Positions 56,035 through 64,000 of a stretch of DNA of 64,000 nucleotides are shown here, in pieces (the stretch's first letter is position 1; each line of letters opens with the position of its first letter). The DNA comes from an uncultured Bacilli bacterium (GTDB taxonomy: Bacteria > Bacillota_I > Bacilli_A > RF39 > UBA660). The notes beneath the pieces were generated by a model. It made no database searches. It saw only the letters and a list, made by a program, of their open reading frames with translations, and had not been told where the DNA came from. Both the position numbers and the translations under genes were made by a program. The stretch covers positions 6,900 to 70,899 of the forward strand of contig CANRBQ010000001.1 in the NCBI GenBank assembly GCA_947628905.1, written 5' to 3'.

Positions 56035-56048
56035 TTAGAAATTTCTAA
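56035..56048. promoter_or_regulatory. perfect 14-bp palindrome TTAGAAATTTCTAA in the divergent promoter region
   Basis: Located 36 nt upstream of the lectin-like gene start and 115 nt upstream of the XRE regulator start. Confidence 0.45.
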
Positions 56049-56162
56049 CTTATATTAAAATTATAAGCTCTTATATACTAAAAGTCAAGAAAAATTACAT
56101 TATTTAGCCCACTATTTAAAAAATTATTATGAGTTGTGAGAGAATTATAATGGTGAATTGAT

Positions 56163-56612
56163 ATGTTTCCAGAAAGATTAAAAGAATTAAGGGAAAGAAT
56201 TGGATTGACTAAAACTGAAGTGGGCTCTATTTTAGGTATAGATAGAAGTCAATATGGGCATTATGAACATAATTATGTTACTATACCTATTAAACATTTA
56301 ATAACATTATGTAATTATTATGATGTTTCTTTAGATTATATATTTGAATTTGCTAATATTAGACAATATAATGATATAAATAAAGAAATAGATAAGAAAC
56401 TTGCAGGTATTAGATTAAAAGAATTTAGAAAGCAAAATAAGATTACACAAAGTAAATTGGCAGAATTTTTAAATACTACTTTTTCTACTATTTCATCTTA
56501 TGAGAGAGGTGTTAATTTACTTTCTACTAATTATTTATATACTATTTGTGATAAATATAAGATTAGTGCTGATTATTTAATGGGTAGAATAAATAAAAAT
56601 ACAAGGAAATAA
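56163..56612 (+). CDS. tandem-HTH XRE-family transcriptional regulator
   Basis: Two HTH_XRE units (LKELRERIGLTKTEVGSILGIDRSQYGHYE and IRLKEFRKQNKITQSKLAEFLNTTFSTISSYERG). Confidence 0.75.
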   Translation: MFPERLKELRERIGLTKTEVGSILGIDRSQYGHYEHNYVTIPIKHLITLCNYYDVSLDYIFEFANIRQYNDINKEIDKKLAGIRLKEFRKQNKITQSKLAEFLNTTFSTISSYERGVNLLSTNYLYTICDKYKISADYLMGRINKNTRK

Positions 56613-56625
56613 ATTCTTGTATTTT

Positions 56626-56826
56626 TTAATCATCTAATTCTTGATCATGATAATTTTCAGGTTCATTTTCTTTTAACCATTCTGTTGGAGATAAACCACT
56701 TTTTAAGCAATCCTCTATTTCTTCTTTTTCTAAGCCTAGAGATTTAGCTTCTTCTAAAAATAATTTATCTTGATAATCTTTTTTATTGTCTTTAATTAAA
56801 AAATCGAATAAACCCATTTTATTCAT
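56626..56826 (-). CDS. small acidic hypothetical protein
   Basis: ORF of 63-66 aa with RBS AGGAG. Start probably at the second ATG (MGLFDF). Confidence 0.35.
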   Translation of the reverse strand: MNKMGLFDFLIKDNKKDYQDKLFLEEAKSLGLEKEEIEDCLKSGLSPTEWLKENEPENYHDQELDD

Positions 56827-56906
56827 CTCCTACTTATTTAATAATATATTATTTTATTTAGAAATTCAACTTTTTTATTATAAAACATATAATATTTATA
56901 GGTGAA

Positions 56907-57182
56907 GTGTCTATGTTTGGAGCACCAGTTAGAACAGGTCTTACTTTAACAAAAGTTTTGGGAGGATTATCTAAAACTTTAGGAATTGCTAATCAGGTTA
57001 TCCCTTTATATAGAGAAGCTAAACCAATGATTAAGAATGCTAGAACTATTTTAGCAGTATTAAAAGATATGAATAAACCAGTTAATAAAACAATAGTTAA
57101 TAAACAAAATAAAGAAATTAAAAAAGAAACTATTTCTACTATTTCCGTTAATAGAGCTAATAGTCCTAGTTTTTTTCTTTAA
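56907..57182 (+). CDS. small basic hypothetical protein
   Basis: 91-aa ORF with a TTCAAC-N17-TATAAT promoter and RBS AGGTGA. Its 3' end overlaps trmK on the opposite strand. Confidence 0.4.
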   Translation: MSMFGAPVRTGLTLTKVLGGLSKTLGIANQVIPLYREAKPMIKNARTILAVLKDMNKPVNKTIVNKQNKEIKKETISTISVNRANSPSFFL

Positions 57183-57807
57183 TTATTTTTTCTAAATTAT
57201 TTATTTCTATTTGATGTTTTTTTAAATCTTCTTTATTATCTACTGGTATTTGGCTCATAATATTTTTTTCTTTAGTTAATAAATATTTATAATATTCTTT
57301 ATTTGTACTTTTGCCATATTTAAGAATAAATTCATTATCTTTTTTAGAATCTTTTTGAAAGATAATAATAGGATAATATTTTTTATTTTCTTTTATTACT
57401 ATTTCTTTTTCATTATAAAATCCTAGATTTTGCATATTTTTTCTTAATTCTTCATGATTATTATTACTACTAATGATATATTTAGGAATATCTTTAGATG
57501 TTTTTACAATATTTAGAGCAGTATTTGTTCCTACTCCAGCGATTATAACTGTATTTATTTTATTTTCTTTAATAGGAATATCTAGTAAACCATCTGATAA
57601 ATAAGTTTTAATATTTAAATTAGAATTCTTAATATTTTTATTAGCATTATTTAATGCTTCTTTACTAATATCAGAGGCATAAACTTCTTTACATAAGTTA
57701 TGTTCTTTTAAATAAATAGCTAAATAAGCATGATCACAGGCAACATCAATTACTATATCATCTTTATTTATTAGTAAAGCAATAGTTTTAAGTTTTAAGT
57801 TTAGCAT
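57166..57807 (-). CDS. trmK: tRNA (adenine22-N1)-methyltransferase
   Basis: IVIDVACDHAYLAIYL is similar to the TrmK/YqfN SAM-binding region. Sits downstream of sigA as in Bacillus. Confidence 0.7.
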   Translation of the reverse strand: MLNLKLKTIALLINKDDIVIDVACDHAYLAIYLKEHNLCKEVYASDISKEALNNANKNIKNSNLNIKTYLSDGLLDIPIKENKINTVIIAGVGTNTALNIVKTSKDIPKYIISSNNNHEELRKNMQNLGFYNEKEIVIKENKKYYPIIIFQKDSKKDNEFILKYGKSTNKEYYKYLLTKEKNIMSQIPVDNKEDLKKHQIEINNLEKIIKEKN

Positions 57808-58949
57808 TAGTCAGATAAGAAATCCCTTAATTTTTTGGCACGAGATGGATGACGTAGTTTTCTTAAAGCTTTAGCTTCTATTTGACGTATTCTTTCACGG
57901 GTAACATTAAATTTTTTACCTACTTCTTCTAGAGTATGGCAAGTACCATCTACCAGACCAAATCTTAATTCTAAGACTTCTTGTTCTCTTACTTGTAAAG
58001 TCATTAGAACACTTCTTATTTCTTCTTTTAATATTTCATTAGTTGCATATTCTTCAGGAGACATACTTGATTCATCTTTAATGAAATCCCCCAAATGGGA
58101 GTCATCTTCTTCTCCAATTGGTGTTTCTAATGAAACTGGTTCTTGACTAATTTTAATTACTTCTCTTACTTTATCTAAGCTAATACCCATTTTTTTAGCT
58201 AATTCTTCTTCAGATGGTTCACGATTAAGTTCAAGAGTTAATTGTCTTTGAATACGACTCATTTTATTGATTGTTTCAACCATATGAACGGGAACACGAA
58301 TAGTTCTTGCTTGATCGGCTAGAGCACGAGTAATAGCTTGTCTTATCCACCAGGTTGCATAAGTAGAAAATTTATAGCCTTTATCACTATCAAATTTATC
58401 AACGGCTTTCATTAAGCCCATGTTACCTTCTTGAATTAAATCTAAAAATAAGAGACCTCTTCCCACATATCTTTTGGCTATACTTACAACTAAACGAAGA
58501 TTAGATTCGGCAAGTTTATTTTTAGCAACTTCATCACCATGGGCTACAAGTTCACTTAATTCTAATTCTTCTTCAGGAGATAATAAACTAATACGACCTA
58601 TTTCTTTTAAATACATACGAACAGGATCATTAATATTAATATCTTTAGTTAATTCAGCATCATCTAATAATATAGGTTCTTCTTCTAAAACTTTAGGAAT
58701 ACCACCTTCAGTTGTAGCCGCTTCTTCTTCATCAGCGATAACTTGAATTTCATTTTCCATTAAAGTATTATAAATTTCATCTAAAGAATCATTATCAATA
58801 TCTAGGCCTTTTAAAGCATCCGCAAGTTCTTCAAAAGTAATATATTTCTTTTCTTTACCTTTCTTTAATAATTCACTTATTCTTTCTTCTAATGATTTAA
58901 TCTCGGCGATTTTAGTAGCCTTTTCAACAGTATTTTCTTTTTTATCCAT
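57807..58949 (-). CDS. sigA: RNA polymerase primary sigma factor
   Basis: Regions 1.2-4 present, including the RpoD box ([12 protein letters not shown]) and region 4 ([27 protein letters not shown]). Confidence 0.95.
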   Translation of the reverse strand: MDKKENTVEKATKIAEIKSLEERISELLKKGKEKKYITFEELADALKGLDIDNDSLDEIYNTLMENEIQVIADEEEAATTEGGIPKVLEEEPILLDDAELTKDININDPVRMYLKEIGRISLLSPEEELELSELVAHGDEVAKNKLAESNLRLVVSIAKRYVGRGLLFLDLIQEGNMGLMKAVDKFDSDKGYKFSTYATWWIRQAITRALADQARTIRVPVHMVETINKMSRIQRQLTLELNREPSEEELAKKMGISLDKVREVIKISQEPVSLETPIGEEDDSHLGDFIKDESSMSPEEYATNEILKEEIRSVLMTLQVREQEVLELRFGLVDGTCHTLEEVGKKFNVTRERIRQIEAKALRKLRHPSRAKKLRDFLSD

Positions 58950-60696
58950 TTTCTACACATCCTTTTTTTAATTCAGTAAATTTATTCATTAATTTAATTT
59001 TTTCATTTTCATCTAGTTCATTTTTTATTTTTTCTTTTATTTCTTCTATTTCTAATTTTTGTTCTTCTTTAATAGTTGTTTTTAATAATTCCGTAAAATT
59101 AGACATTGTTATTTCTTCTATTTGAGCTTCTTTTATTACTTCCATAGCATCATCATATATATAATCTTTATCAGCAATATAAGTTATAAAATCAGCGATA
59201 CTAATATTATTATAAAGCTCATAGTAATAAATTATTTCATTAGCTATATTGCGATATTTCTTTATTTTAAAATAACCTAAATCTTTTTTAAAACATTCAA
59301 TATATTGGGCATCATTAAGCATGAAATAAATAATATTAATACAGGCTCTATCATACTTAGATATTTTCTTTTTGTCTAGTACTTTTGGTTTATTTTGAGA
59401 AACTTCTTGTTTAGATACATTAGGAATACTTTTATTTAATTCAGCTTCTAACATATCTAGAGGAACATTATAAGTATCACTTATTTTTTTAATAGTAATA
59501 TTTCTTGTTAATTCATCATCAATAGTTTTTAAACTAGCAATAGTTTCTTTAATATAACTTACTAAGTCTTCAGTTTTATTTAAATCTTTATCTTTTTTAA
59601 AATATGATAGTTTAAAATCTAAAAAAGAAAGAGGTTTTTTTAAGTTATTAATTAAAGCTTCAATACCATTTTTAATAATATATTCATCGGGATCTTTTTC
59701 ATTTGTAAGTCTTACTACAAAGGGATTAATTCCCGAGGAAACTAGAATATTGCCATTTTGGTAAGTAGCTATTTCTCCAGCATTATCATTATCTAACATT
59801 AATATAACTTTAGCACGCATATTTTTAATAATATTTACTTGATCTTTGGTAAGACTAGTTCCCATTAGGGCTACAACATTTTTAACCCCTTCAGAATATA
59901 ATCTTATGGCATCCATGTTACCTTCGACAATAATAACTTCTTTTTCTTTTTTAATAGCATTTTTAGCACGATGGTAATTAAATAAGATTTGCCCTTTTTT
60001 AAAAATAACACTTTCTTTAGAATTTATATATTTAGCTTGATCATTATTTTCATAGATACGACCAGTAAAACCAATGGGATTTCCTTCTAAATCATGAATA
60101 GGAAAAATAATACGATAATTAAAAACATCATTTAAATATTCCCCATTACGATTAACTAAACCTAAATTTACTAAAGTTTCTATTTTATAATTTTTCTTTA
60201 ATAATAAATTATTTAAGGAATAGTTTTTGCCTAAGGCTAGGCCTAAATCAAAATCTTTAATAACACTTTCTTTTAATTTTCTATTTTTTAGATATTCTTT
60301 AGCTTTAAGACCTTCATTAGTATTTAAATTATTTTGATAAAATTTTAAGGCTAAATCCATAATGTTATATTCTTCTTGATGATTTTTAATTACAGGTGTT
60401 TCTTTTATATGACCATGAAATACTAAACCACTTTTTTCAGCGACTATTTTAACAGCTTCAAGAAAACTAACATTTTCATATTCTTTAACAAAAGTAAAGA
60501 CATTACCCGCGGCACCACAGGAAAAGCATTTATATATTTGCTTATCCGCGCTTACAGACATACTAGGAGAATGATCTTCATGAAAGGGACAAACACCAAA
60601 GTAGTTTTTGCCTTTTTGAGTTAAGGGTAAATAGCTAGAAATTATATCAACAATATTGGCCTGTTTACGAATGTTTTCTAGTTCTTGGTCTTGCAA
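58942..60696 (-). CDS. dnaG: DNA primase
   Basis: Zinc-binding domain [13 protein letters not shown]...CFSCG, TOPRIM (EGNMDAI, DNDNAG) and a C-terminal helicase-binding domain. Confidence 0.95.
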   Translation of the reverse strand: MQDQELENIRKQANIVDIISSYLPLTQKGKNYFGVCPFHEDHSPSMSVSADKQIYKCFSCGAAGNVFTFVKEYENVSFLEAVKIVAEKSGLVFHGHIKETPVIKNHQEEYNIMDLALKFYQNNLNTNEGLKAKEYLKNRKLKESVIKDFDLGLALGKNYSLNNLLLKKNYKIETLVNLGLVNRNGEYLNDVFNYRIIFPIHDLEGNPIGFTGRIYENNDQAKYINSKESVIFKKGQILFNYHRAKNAIKKEKEVIIVEGNMDAIRLYSEGVKNVVALMGTSLTKDQVNIIKNMRAKVILMLDNDNAGEIATYQNGNILVSSGINPFVVRLTNEKDPDEYIIKNGIEALINNLKKPLSFLDFKLSYFKKDKDLNKTEDLVSYIKETIASLKTIDDELTRNITIKKISDTYNVPLDMLEAELNKSIPNVSKQEVSQNKPKVLDKKKISKYDRACINIIYFMLNDAQYIECFKKDLGYFKIKKYRNIANEIIYYYELYNNISIADFITYIADKDYIYDDAMEVIKEAQIEEITMSNFTELLKTTIKEEQKLEIEEIKEKIKNELDENEKIKLMNKFTELKKGCVENG

Positions 60697-60787
60697 TTTG
60701 GCATCACCTCAAAATTGTCCTTCTAATTATATATATTACCGGTACCCTGCTTATTTCCTTTTTTTATTTTGCTAAATTTGTAAAATT

Positions 60788-61294
60788 TTACGCATTATTT
60801 ACACTTTTTAGGGTTCCATAGTAGATAGTTTGGCTAGAATTGTCATTTTTAGTACATGTTATAAGGGTAATTAAATTTTGATAAGAATCTTTAAGATAAA
60901 GAGTACCTGTTTTAGGTTCAGTAGTAATTTCAAAGATTTCATAATTATATATTTTATTATGATAATATAAATTAACTTGATCTTTAATATTTAATTTATA
61001 TAAGTTTTTAAAGTAAGCATTAGAGCCATTTCCCGAATGAGCTGCGATAATAACTGAACTGGGAAAAGTATCAGGAAAAACACTTTCTTTAGCTACCCAT
61101 AAGCCTATATCAACATTAGTATTATTTTTATTAAATTCTTTTTTAAAAGATATTTTGGGTATTTCTAGAATAGTAGATTCTTTAGTAATAGTATTAGAAG
61201 TTTTAATAAGAGGTAAATTATATTTTAGGGTAGGAATATAATTAATAATTAAATATAAAATAAAGATAAATAAAATAATTGAAATTTTTTTCAT
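60788..61294 (-). CDS. small sortase-family transpeptidase (divergent)
   Basis: N-terminal TM, conserved His region (IIAAHSG) and catalytic TLITC motif (ITLITCT). The usual downstream Arg is not obvious. Confidence 0.5.
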   Translation of the reverse strand: MKKISIILFIFILYLIINYIPTLKYNLPLIKTSNTITKESTILEIPKISFKKEFNKNNTNVDIGLWVAKESVFPDTFPSSVIIAAHSGNGSNAYFKNLYKLNIKDQVNLYYHNKIYNYEIFEITTEPKTGTLYLKDSYQNLITLITCTKNDNSSQTIYYGTLKSVNNA

Positions 61295-61359
61295 ATTCTT
61301 CCTTTCTAATAAAAAAACTCGCTTTAAACGAGTTATTAGAGATAATATAACATATAAAG

Positions 61360-62268
61360 TTAAACTTGTAAATATTTTCTATCAGTAAATTTATTAATTA
61401 AAGGAATAAAGAAACTGCTTAAAAGAATGGCAATATATACACCTTCATATTTAAATATTAAAGTAAAAATATAAGTTAATATACCTAAAATTAGACCATA
61501 TATAGTCATTCCCTTTTCATGATGAGGACCAGTTGTAAGATTGGCACCCATAAAAATTAAAGCAAAATAAACATAACCATTACAGATAATATTAATTAAT
61601 TCTGTATTTTTAAATAAGAAAATACTTATTAAGTTTAGAATAATAAAACTAATTATAGAAGTATAAGCAATATTTCTTTTATAAAATTTATTTAAACTTA
61701 AAATAATTAAACTGATAATAAGAATTAAAAGACTAGTATTAGCTAGACCCCCTACTCCATGACCAATAAAGATATCTGCGAGATTATAATTAAATTTATT
61801 TAATTTTTCTGCGATATTTAAATAAGAATAAGTGTTTAATAATAAACTTAATAAGATAATTATTCTTATTGTTGATTCTGAATTTATATTTAAATTATAT
61901 TTAGATATTAAATATTTAATTATAAATAAAGCAATAAATAAAATAAGAGGATACATATAAATATTACTATTAATAGAAATAGTACTAGTAACTGATAAAG
62001 AAATTAAAATATTTATTTTATAGTCTTCTTTAAAAAATTTAGATATTATAAAACCTATTAGAATACTAATAATATAGTAATATATAGGAATTAAAGCATT
62101 TTTAAAATTAATTAAGTTATTAAAATATAATAATAAACCATTTTTATAAAAGCCAAATATTAATAAAGGAATTAGGGCTATATAATAACTATTTATTAGA
62201 CTTTTGATATTTTTAGGATAATGTAAAACTGGTAATTTATTCATTTTTTCCTCCTTGTAGGTAATCAT
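61360..62268 (-). CDS. RnfD/NqrB-like polytopic membrane protein
   Basis: About 8-9 TM helices. It overlaps the upstream RnfC-like gene. The assignment rests mainly on context. Confidence 0.35.
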   Translation of the reverse strand: MITYKEEKMNKLPVLHYPKNIKSLINSYYIALIPLLIFGFYKNGLLLYFNNLINFKNALIPIYYYIISILIGFIISKFFKEDYKINILISLSVTSTISINSNIYMYPLILFIALFIIKYLISKYNLNINSESTIRIIILLSLLLNTYSYLNIAEKLNKFNYNLADIFIGHGVGGLANTSLLILIISLIILSLNKFYKRNIAYTSIISFIILNLISIFLFKNTELINIICNGYVYFALIFMGANLTTGPHHEKGMTIYGLILGILTYIFTLIFKYEGVYIAILLSSFFIPLINKFTDRKYLQV

Positions 62269-63391
62269 TAAAATTTATGTAAACAGGACAAATATAAGAA
62301 CATAATCCACATTTTAAACATTTATCTTTTACTTTATTATAATATTTAGAATTACTTAATAAAATAGGACTAATACCAACAGGACAAATAGAAGTACAAG
62401 CTCCACAGTTTAGACATTTAAGGGGTTTAGGATTAGCTTTTTTAGGCATACAAATAATACTATCAATATCTTCGGTAATAATAAAATCTTTAACTGTTAT
62501 TTCATGACCAGTCATAAGACCATTAGCATAAAAAACAATATCTTGGGAAGTAATATCTAAATAATTATTTAATAATTCTTCTAGTTTTAGACCTATTCTA
62601 ACTTTAAATATGGAAGGATTTTTTAGAGCTTCTCCAGTTACTATAATTAATTTATCAGTTTTTTGACGATTTCTTTTAATAAGATTATACATATCATATA
62701 AAAGACTAGCTTTAATTATTAAAGCATTAGATGAAGTATTTAAATACTTTTTTAAAAAAGATTCTTTTCCTAATAAATATAAATTAGGAATTATTTTAAG
62801 TTTAATATTAGGATACATACCTAAACATTCCATTAGTTTATGGATATTTTCACCACTTGTTGATTTAACACAGATAGTTATATTTTCAATATTATATATT
62901 TTAGCTAATTTATCTAAGAGTTCTAAAAATTCTTCATAATAATTTAATAAATAGAAGTTTTCTATTAAAACATATGGTTCATCATCAATAGCATTTAAGA
63001 TTATTTCATTAGTTTTAGTTATATCTATTTTAAATTGTAACGCGATAAGTTTAGTTAATTTATCTTGGGGTAGATTATTAAGATTTATTTTAACTTGAGA
63101 TTTAATAAGTTTTTTTTCTTGAAAATCATTATGGATCTCTATAGCATTTGCTAAACCATTTAAAGTATTTACTTTTTTTAAGCCAGAGATAACTCCTGAG
63201 ATAGGAGAAGTTTCTATATATTCTTTAGTTTTAAATAAAGGGGTACCTATTTTTATTTGTTCATTTTGTTTAATTAGAATTGTAGATACTGGTTTTAAAG
63301 GAATATATATAGTATCAGGATTATCATAAGTTATAATTTTACTGGACACTATAACATTTTCATTTTTTACAAGTTCTATTAACTTCTCCAT
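62237..63391 (-). CDS. RnfC-like protein with two 4Fe-4S ferredoxin motifs
   Basis: N-terminal RnfC_N-like barrel (IYIPLKPVSTILIKQNEQIKIGTPLF) and two CxxCxxCxxxCP clusters (CLNCGACTSICPV, CLKCGLCSYICPV). Confidence 0.45.
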   Translation of the reverse strand: MEKLIELVKNENVIVSSKIITYDNPDTIYIPLKPVSTILIKQNEQIKIGTPLFKTKEYIETSPISGVISGLKKVNTLNGLANAIEIHNDFQEKKLIKSQVKINLNNLPQDKLTKLIALQFKIDITKTNEIILNAIDDEPYVLIENFYLLNYYEEFLELLDKLAKIYNIENITICVKSTSGENIHKLMECLGMYPNIKLKIIPNLYLLGKESFLKKYLNTSSNALIIKASLLYDMYNLIKRNRQKTDKLIIVTGEALKNPSIFKVRIGLKLEELLNNYLDITSQDIVFYANGLMTGHEITVKDFIITEDIDSIICMPKKANPKPLKCLNCGACTSICPVGISPILLSNSKYYNKVKDKCLKCGLCSYICPVYINFNDYLQGGKNE

Positions 63392-63455
63392 GTTACCACC
63401 TTGTATTAATTATACTAAAATTAAATATTAAATTCAATCTTTATCAATTATTTAG

Positions 63456-64000
63456 TTACTTATTATGTTTCTGTTCTTCTTTTAAATTATTTAAGTATTC
63501 TTGTAAATTAATAGCAACATTTTCAGGTAAGATTTTAGTTAATTCAGATAAACTTGCACTACGCATTTTATTTACACTGCCAAAAGTTCTAATTAATTCT
63601 TTTTTACGTTTAACTCCAATACCTTCAATATTATCTAAAACACTAGATATAGCCCCTTTACTACGGATAGTACGATGATAACTTATAGTATATCTATGAA
63701 CTTCATCTTGCATTCTAGTTAAATAATGGAATACAGCTTTAGTTTTATCTAATTCTATAGTACGATAACCTAAACTATCAATTAAATCATTAGTACGGTG
63801 TTTATCATTTTTTCTTAAACCACATACTCTAATATTTAGATTTAAATCATTTAAAATATTTAAACAAGCATTTATTTGATTAATTCCTCCATCAACAATA
63901 ATTAAATCAGGAAGTTCAGTTTTTTCCATTAAAGCTCGATAATAACGACGATAAATAACTTCTTCCATCGTATGATAATCATCATTTTTATCTAAACTTA
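63456..64000 (-). CDS. uvrC: excinuclease ABC subunit C, C-terminal part (5' end outside window)
   Basis: RNase H-like endonuclease region (PDLIIVDGGINQ, HRYTISYHR) and a C-terminal (HhH)2 (NIEGIGVKRKKELIRTFGS...ASLSELTKI). Confidence 0.8.
   Translation of the reverse strand, partial: SLDKNDDYHTMEEVIYRRYYRALMEKTELPDLIIVDGGINQINACLNILNDLNLNIRVCGLRKNDKHRTNDLIDSLGYRTIELDKTKAVFHYLTRMQDEVHRYTISYHRTIRSKGAISSVLDNIEGIGVKRKKELIRTFGSVNKMRSASLSELTKILPENVAINLQEYLNNLKEEQKHNK

Noticed and set aside
1-64000. CRISPR arrays, rRNA or tRNA genes, IS elements
   Set aside because: No spaced direct-repeat arrays are present. No tRNA T-loop/acceptor patterns or rRNA-like GC-rich blocks were seen. No transposase-like ORFs were found; the only recombinase is a XerD-like gene without flanking inverted repeats.

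Overview
This 64 kb window is very AT-rich (roughly 25-30% GC by eye). It uses the standard bacterial genetic code, with TGA as a stop codon. Gene order and gene content look like a low-GC Firmicutes-type chromosome. I found no rRNA genes, tRNA genes or CRISPR arrays. The backbone is housekeeping: rbgA-rnhB, a lipoteichoic acid synthase (LtaS)-like sulfatase, topA, a MOP-family flippase, relA-dtd, a T-box-led asnS-aspS-gatCAB operon, a tcdA-like ThiF-family gene, gpsA, rarA, a XerD-like recombinase, zupT, mnmA, murF, lon, an ATP-grasp protein, tig, trmK-sigA-dnaG and a partial uvrC. Between these lie accessory and envelope modules. One is a RhuM plus Bro-N pair upstream of rbgA. One is an S/T/N-rich membrane protein next to a GIY-YIG nuclease. 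One is a five-gene ECF sigma/anti-sigma cluster with two secreted proteins and an XRE regulator. One is an orphan PilC/PilD pair beside a DinD-like gene. A YtrA-like GntR/ABC operon is present too. One cluster combines a CssRS-like two-component system, an HtrA protease and an FtsX-type ABC transporter. The last pairs a surface beta-helix protein whose promoter carries a G8 tract with an acyltransferase and a secreted lectin-like protein controlled by a divergent tandem-HTH regulator. A small sortase lies next to an RnfC/RnfD-like pair. The most notable non-coding signals are as follows. A 20-22 nt direct-repeat motif is conserved upstream of three genes in the two-component cluster. A G8 tract sits in the spacer of a near-consensus promoter for the surface protein, a classic phase-variation signature. 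A 28-nt intergenic motif occurs twice, each time next to a long inverted repeat. A T-box leader is present, and there is a promoter-to-U-run candidate small RNA of about 175 nt. A strongly RBS-led gene for a 56-aa Ser/Arg-rich repeat peptide is absent from the ORF track. Several perfect palindromes lie at promoters of regulator genes. All functional calls come from motif recognition by eye; no database search was possible.
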